A DNA stretch of 64,000 bases from Rhizaria sp. SCN 62-66 (Eukaryota). The notes beneath the pieces are model-generated. The model was given only the letters and a program-made list of their open reading frames with translations. It was not told the DNA's origin and made no database searches. Numbering within the stretch: position 1 is the stretch's first letter; each line of letters starts with the position of its first letter. Where the stretch lies: the NCBI GenBank assembly GCA_001724265.1, contig MEDY01000004.1, positions 248,001 to 312,000 on the forward strand. The letters run 5' to 3'. Positions 59,599-64,000 of this stretch are shown in pieces. The translations under genes were made by a program, and so were the position numbers.

Positions 59599-60352
59599 GC
59601 ACTGCCAGAGCACGGTGGGCACGACGTGCGAGGCGCCCAAGGTCGAGCGCGCAGTAACACGCCACAGCGTCGGCCCCGCGGACCAACACCTCGCTGCCAC
59701 GGCCGCAGCCACGGTGACGGGAGCGGCAGCGGCGAGGGCGGCGCCGACTGCGAGCGCACGGGGCAGCGTGAGCGGCGCGGGCGTGCCGCCGCCGCCGCCG
59801 CCGCGGCCGCGCGGGCGGCGCGACTACACGCAGGGCACGTCGCGGCTCAGCACGTACTTCGGCACCCTCAAGGCCGGCACGCTCAACAGCAACATCAGCA
59901 ACGGCAGCACCGCCTCCGCGTCGGATGTGCGCCAGGAGAGCCTGTTGGAGCGCGCCGAGCGCGAGGACGCCGCCGCCGCCGCTGCCGCGAAGGCTGAGGC
60001 GGAGGCGCGGCAGCGCGCTAACGCCGCCGCCGCCGCTGCCGCTGCTGCCGCTGCTGAGGCGGCCGCAGCCGCCGAGGCTGAGCGCGCGCGACAGGCCGAG
60101 CTGGACGCGGCGGCGTGCGCGGGCGACGGGAGCGCGTACGAGCCTCTGTTCTCTGACCGCGTGGCGGCCGACGATCTGCCGGTGTTGGCGACGCCGGGGG
60201 AGTTCACCGAGACCGAGCTGCAGGAGTGCATCGACGCGCTCGACGTCAACAAGGAGCTCGAGATGGCCGCGCTCAAGGCCTACTACGCCGGGCTCACGCG
60301 CAGGCTCAAGCAGGAGATGACGCGGCGCACCGGCAAACAGTACCCGGAGTGA
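56951..60352 (+). CDS. STE20-family MST1/2 (Hippo/Krs)-like Ser/Thr kinase with C-terminal SARAH-like coiled coil, 2 exons (56951-57721, 57917-60352), about 1068 aa
   Basis: KLGEGSYGCVY, VAVK, LWIAMEYCSAGSV, HRDIKSANLLL, KLADFGVS, RRNTAIGTPYWMAPE, HPMRVIFIIP. Intron 57722-57916 (GTACGT..CGCAG, phase 0) gives KE|PEDRPSATALLSHPFL. Stop is TGA. Confidence 0.92.
57722..57916 (+). other. Spliceosomal intron (MST-like kinase)
   Basis: GAG|GTACGT...CCGCAG|CCC completes kinase subdomain XI. Confidence 0.88.
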
Positions 60353-60785
60353 GACAATGTGTGAATCGCTGGCATGTGATGTCACGAAGCAAGCTCTGTT
60401 ACTCGTCGCCTAAACAATGTCATTTTTTCTATATTCTAATATATATGGTCAAACGAGTGATTTAATTTCATATAACATTTTTTGCGCGTGATTAGAGCAC
60501 TAATACAATAATATTTTTTACATCCAGTTTGTGTGAAAACTCATGTTGGCGATTTCGCAATCTCACCACAAACGAAGTTGTCTTATCGCAATGAGGTCTG
60601 ATCAACGAACAACTAATCTTCGAGATACTGAGTCCAAACATCCGAAGTGAAAGATCTCCTACGAATATCACACTTAACCGCTACTACAATATAACGACAC
60701 AAAATCACACCCTCTGATAAGCTACTTAAACACATATCCTGACCCTTGCTTGGCGCCTGCATTTCGCGTGTTCAAACGCAGATCC

Positions 60786-63353
60786 ATGTGGAACAGCAGT
60801 GGCTTCCTGGCGCGCGCCAATGACGCCAGCCGCGGTACGTTCACGCTGGCCGCGCAACCCATCGCGCACTCTGACAGTGCGCGGCTGCGGAACTACACCG
60901 GTCACCGCATCACGGTTCCCGAGACTGTTTTGCTCAAGATCACCGCGATCATGGGCAACGCGCCTTTGCCTTTCCCCATCACGTTCGAGCTCACCACCCC
61001 CGACGGTGCTGCCGCCACGCACTGCTCCGTGCTCGAATTCCACGATGCCGCCGACGAGCGCGTGTTCCTGCCGCCTGCGGTCATGGAGACGCTCGGCGTC
61101 GCGCCCGGCACGCGTCTGCGCCTGCGCCTGCGCCAGCTGCCCTCGGCGCGCCGCATCGTGCTGCGCCCAGAGTCGGAGGCCTTCGTGCGCGCCGCGCAGA
61201 ACCCACAGGCGACTCTCTCGCACGCCTTCAGCGCGCTGGCGTGCGTGACCGAAAACGACGTGATCACTGTGAATGTCGCCAGCAACGAGTACCGCCTCAT
61301 AGTCGCCCAGGCGCTGCCGCAGCTCGCCACGCCCGCCGCCGTCGCCGCCGCCGCGCGCGCCGCCGCCTCGGCCCGCGCGCCCGCACCGCGCGCGTCGGGG
61401 TTTACAGCCGGCGCCACTGCGACTGCGGCATCGCTCGCGTCCGACGAGCCCGAGCGGCCGCTGTTCACGGTCCTTGCAGTAACCACGGTCACCAAGCCGC
61501 GCCGCGTGCCGCTGCCCAGCCCCGACGCCGCCGCCAACAAGGGCCAGGGCAACGCCGCCGCGGTGGAGCGCGAACGCGAGGCGCCCGGCGGCCCGGTGTA
61601 CCTCTCCGCCGTGAGCCTGATTGACTGCGACGTCGAGGTCGACTTCATGGCCGCGCCCGATGCCGCTGTTTACAACGCCAACAACAGCGGCAGCAGCGCC
61701 AGCGCCAACGCCGCCAACGGCAACGCGAGCGGCGCCAGCGCCGGCGGCGCGGCGTCGGACGGGTCCACCTCGCAGCCGCTGGTGGCGGGCGCGGCGCAGG
61801 CGGTCGCGCTGCCCGCGGGCGGGGCTGCTCTGTTCCGGTTCAAGCCCAGCGTAGCGGGCGGTGGGATAGACGGCGCCGCGTTCGAGCTCGCCGTCACCGC
61901 GGGCGAGGCCGACTTGTACGTTAGTGCCGCGCACACGGCGCCCACGGCCGCGCTGAGCGAGTGGCACCTCTGGCCCGCGCTCACCGCGCCGGTCACGTTC
62001 CCCGCCCCGGCCCCTGCCAACGCCCCCGCGACCGCCAGTGCTGGCGCGAGTGCGGCGCGGCCGCAGGTGCAGTATCCCCACGCAGCCACGCTCTACATCG
62101 CGCGTCAAGATCCTGCGTATCCTTCCTCTTCCTCATCATCCTCGTCGTCGTCGTCTTCATCGTCTTCTGCGGCCACCGGCGCTGTTAACGCGGGTTCCGG
62201 TGTGACCGCCGCCGGCGCCGGCGCCGCCGTTGTCGCCCCGTGGCTGTACCTGGCTGTGCGCGCGCACGGCCCCGCGCCCGCCGCGGCGCGCCTCACCGCG
62301 CGCGGGCTCGCCGCGGGCTCCGCTGACCACAACAGCGCGCTCGAGGCAGTTAAACTCTCGCGCGGGCTCGCCCACAGCGACGGTGCCAGCAGCCCCGTCG
62401 CCGTCGCGGCGCCCGCCCCGGGGCCCGGTGACTGCGCCAACTGCGGTGCCGCTGTGCCTGCGGCCGCGATGACGATGCACCGGCTGCAGTGCGCGCGGCT
62501 CAACTTCCGCTGCCCCGACCCACGGTGCGGCGTGGTGCTCGAGGCCCGGCTCAAGGCCGACCACGGCCACTGCCCGCACTGCGCGCTGCCCGTCCCGCCG
62601 CGCCTGCTGCAGAAGCACGTCGCGCTGCTGCACGAGCCCGCGCGCTGCGGCGCGTGCGACGCGGCCGTGGCGCCGCCGCGCGCGCTCGCGGAACACCTGC
62701 GGCACGCGTGCCCGCTGCGACTGCGCGCGTGCGGGTCGTGCGGCGCCGACTTCCCCAGCCGGGACCTCGCGGCGCACGAGCAGGCGTGCAGCGCCAAGAC
62801 GCGCCCATGCCGTGTGTGCGGCGCGCGAGTAACGGGGTTGGCGATGCCTACACACCTCGCGCTCGAGCACGGCGTGCTGGCCGACGGCAGCGCGGACCTG
62901 CACGGCGCGCCGGCCGCGGGCGCCAACGGCAGCGCTGGCGTCGGCGCTGGTGCGGGCGAGAGCGGGATCGACGACCTGCTAAGCGACCCGAGGTACGTGG
63001 AGTTCCTCTCGAGCTCGGTGCAGAGCCCCACTGCTCAGAGCTCCACTGCAGCAAACGGCAGTGCGAACGGCGCTCCGAGCTCCAGTTCTATCTCGAGTGC
63101 TAAGTTGGCGGCCGGCATCAGCGGTGTCTCTTTGGCGTCCCCTACGCCCGCCGCCGCTGCCGCTGCTGCTGCGGCTGCTGCAGTCGTGACGAGTCCCTTC
63201 GCGGCCGCGGGCGGCGACGACGACAGCTGGGGCGACGGCGCCGCGGCCGCCGCGGAGGGCGTGTGCACGTACTGCGGACTCGCGGGGCTCGGCTACGATG
63301 CGCTCGTGGACCACATGGAGGTCTGCGCCGCCGCTGGGGACGACGGGTTTTGA
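60786..63353 (+). CDS. UFD1-domain protein with C-terminal TRAF-type/Cys-His zinc-finger array, about 855 aa
   Basis: UFD1-like GHRITVPETVL, PITFEL, THCSVLEFHDAADERVFLP and AVSLIDCDVEVDF. Followed by repeated CxxC...H...C units (CANC..MHRLQCAR, HCPHC..KHVALLH, CGAC..HLRHACP, CGSC..HEQAC, CRVC..HLALEH) and a terminal CTYC..HMEVC. Stop is TGA. Confidence 0.85.
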   Translation: MWNSSGFLARANDASRGTFTLAAQPIAHSDSARLRNYTGHRITVPETVLLKITAIMGNAPLPFPITFELTTPDGAAATHCSVLEFHDAADERVFLPPAVMETLGVAPGTRLRLRLRQLPSARRIVLRPESEAFVRAAQNPQATLSHAFSALACVTENDVITVNVASNEYRLIVAQALPQLATPAAVAAAARAAASARAPAPRASGFTAGATATAASLASDEPERPLFTVLAVTTVTKPRRVPLPSPDAAANKGQGNAAAVEREREAPGGPVYLSAVSLIDCDVEVDFMAAPDAAVYNANNSGSSASANAANGNASGASAGGAASDGSTSQPLVAGAAQAVALPAGGAALFRFKPSVAGGGIDGAAFELAVTAGEADLYVSAAHTAPTAALSEWHLWPALTAPVTFPAPAPANAPATASAGASAARPQVQYPHAATLYIARQDPAYPSSSSSSSSSSSSSSSAATGAVNAGSGVTAAGAGAAVVAPWLYLAVRAHGPAPAAARLTARGLAAGSADHNSALEAVKLSRGLAHSDGASSPVAVAAPAPGPGDCANCGAAVPAAAMTMHRLQCARLNFRCPDPRCGVVLEARLKADHGHCPHCALPVPPRLLQKHVALLHEPARCGACDAAVAPPRALAEHLRHACPLRLRACGSCGADFPSRDLAAHEQACSAKTRPCRVCGARVTGLAMPTHLALEHGVLADGSADLHGAPAAGANGSAGVGAGAGESGIDDLLSDPRYVEFLSSSVQSPTAQSSTAANGSANGAPSSSSISSAKLAAGISGVSLASPTPAAAAAAAAAAAVVTSPFAAAGGDDDSWGDGAAAAAEGVCTYCGLAGLGYDALVDHMEVCAAAGDDGF

Positions 63354-64000
63354 CGGCAGTGAAAGTACGGTTATTGTGCTTTTGTGATGCCATATTGGAA
63401 GTGGTCGTCCGGATGACTTGTGAAATCATATGTTCGCTTTGATGACTAAGAGCCCTGGACTTCGGCACTGTGTAATACATGTGCATCTGTATTTAGTCGC
63501 ATGGAAGGGAGTGACCTCGTGCATATCGTGGATAAATCGTCGAGTGTATGAAGCGTGCACTGGCCGCAAATCGTATCATTCTGGCGATATCTGGGATAAG
63601 TCGAAGTTTATTGATCTGCGTTTCAGTAGGAGCATGGTTGGACGTGCTTTTCCCAACCTCGACGGCTTCTCTCGAAAGGTGGAAACTGCACTGACGTGTA
63701 TCCAAAACTGCGTACACTACGTCGTGTAAAGTAAACTGACACTGGTGAAACTAGCCTACAAGTTAGCCTACAAGTCTCACCAAATGATGACACAAGCTCC
63801 GCACATACCGATGACAAAAAACATCTCAGCGATGCTGACAAGCACGTGATCTTCGACTCGGCGACGAGCGAATAACTGAAACAGCGACAAATAAAATGTA
63901 GGTCTTCCAAATTTCCTGTTCGAAACACTATCGTCACAAATGCGACACTTGCAGCTTCAATAAAGATCGATGTTCGTCCCGTTTCACGGGCAAAGAGCAA

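Noticed and set aside
81-63486. Hundreds of overlapping alternate-frame and antisense ORFs (Arg/Pro-rich or Ala/Ser-rich)
   Set aside because: These are the expected shadows of very GC-rich, stop-poor coding DNA. None shows a recognisable domain.
11882-64000. tRNA (including a CUA-anticodon tRNA), rRNA, CRISPR array or transposon
   Set aside because: I saw no cloverleaf or A/B-box pattern, regular repeat-spacer array, terminal repeats or transposase/RT motifs by eye in the spacers. A tRNAscan-SE or Infernal run would be needed to exclude small RNAs.

Overview
This is gene-dense nuclear DNA from a eukaryote, probably a protist. Coding regions are very GC-rich and intergenic spacers are short and AT-richer. 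Introns are few and short (about 100-200 nt, GT[A/T][C/A]G donors). I can support 12 protein-coding genes: TOR (5'-truncated by the window), Vps55, a low-complexity protein beginning MGGGGS, exportin-5, a ~3660-aa protein with two FAIM-like modules, acid ceramidase/NAAA, a coiled-coil hypothetical, Vps23/TSG101, a 2290-aa hypothetical, PIG-O/GPI13, an MST/Hippo-like STE20 kinase and a UFD1-domain zinc-finger protein. Many are strongly inflated by Ala/Gly/Ser-rich insertions. The main observation is that all 12 gene ends use TAA (7) or TGA (5) and none uses TAG. Four in-frame TAG codons sit inside otherwise continuous reading frames, two of them in conserved genes (the TSG101 UEV domain and the PIG-O catalytic domain), and a possible fifth lies in TOR. 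This points to a variant nuclear genetic code in which UAG is a sense codon while UAA and UGA remain stops. All homology calls come from motif recognition by eye; no database search was run.
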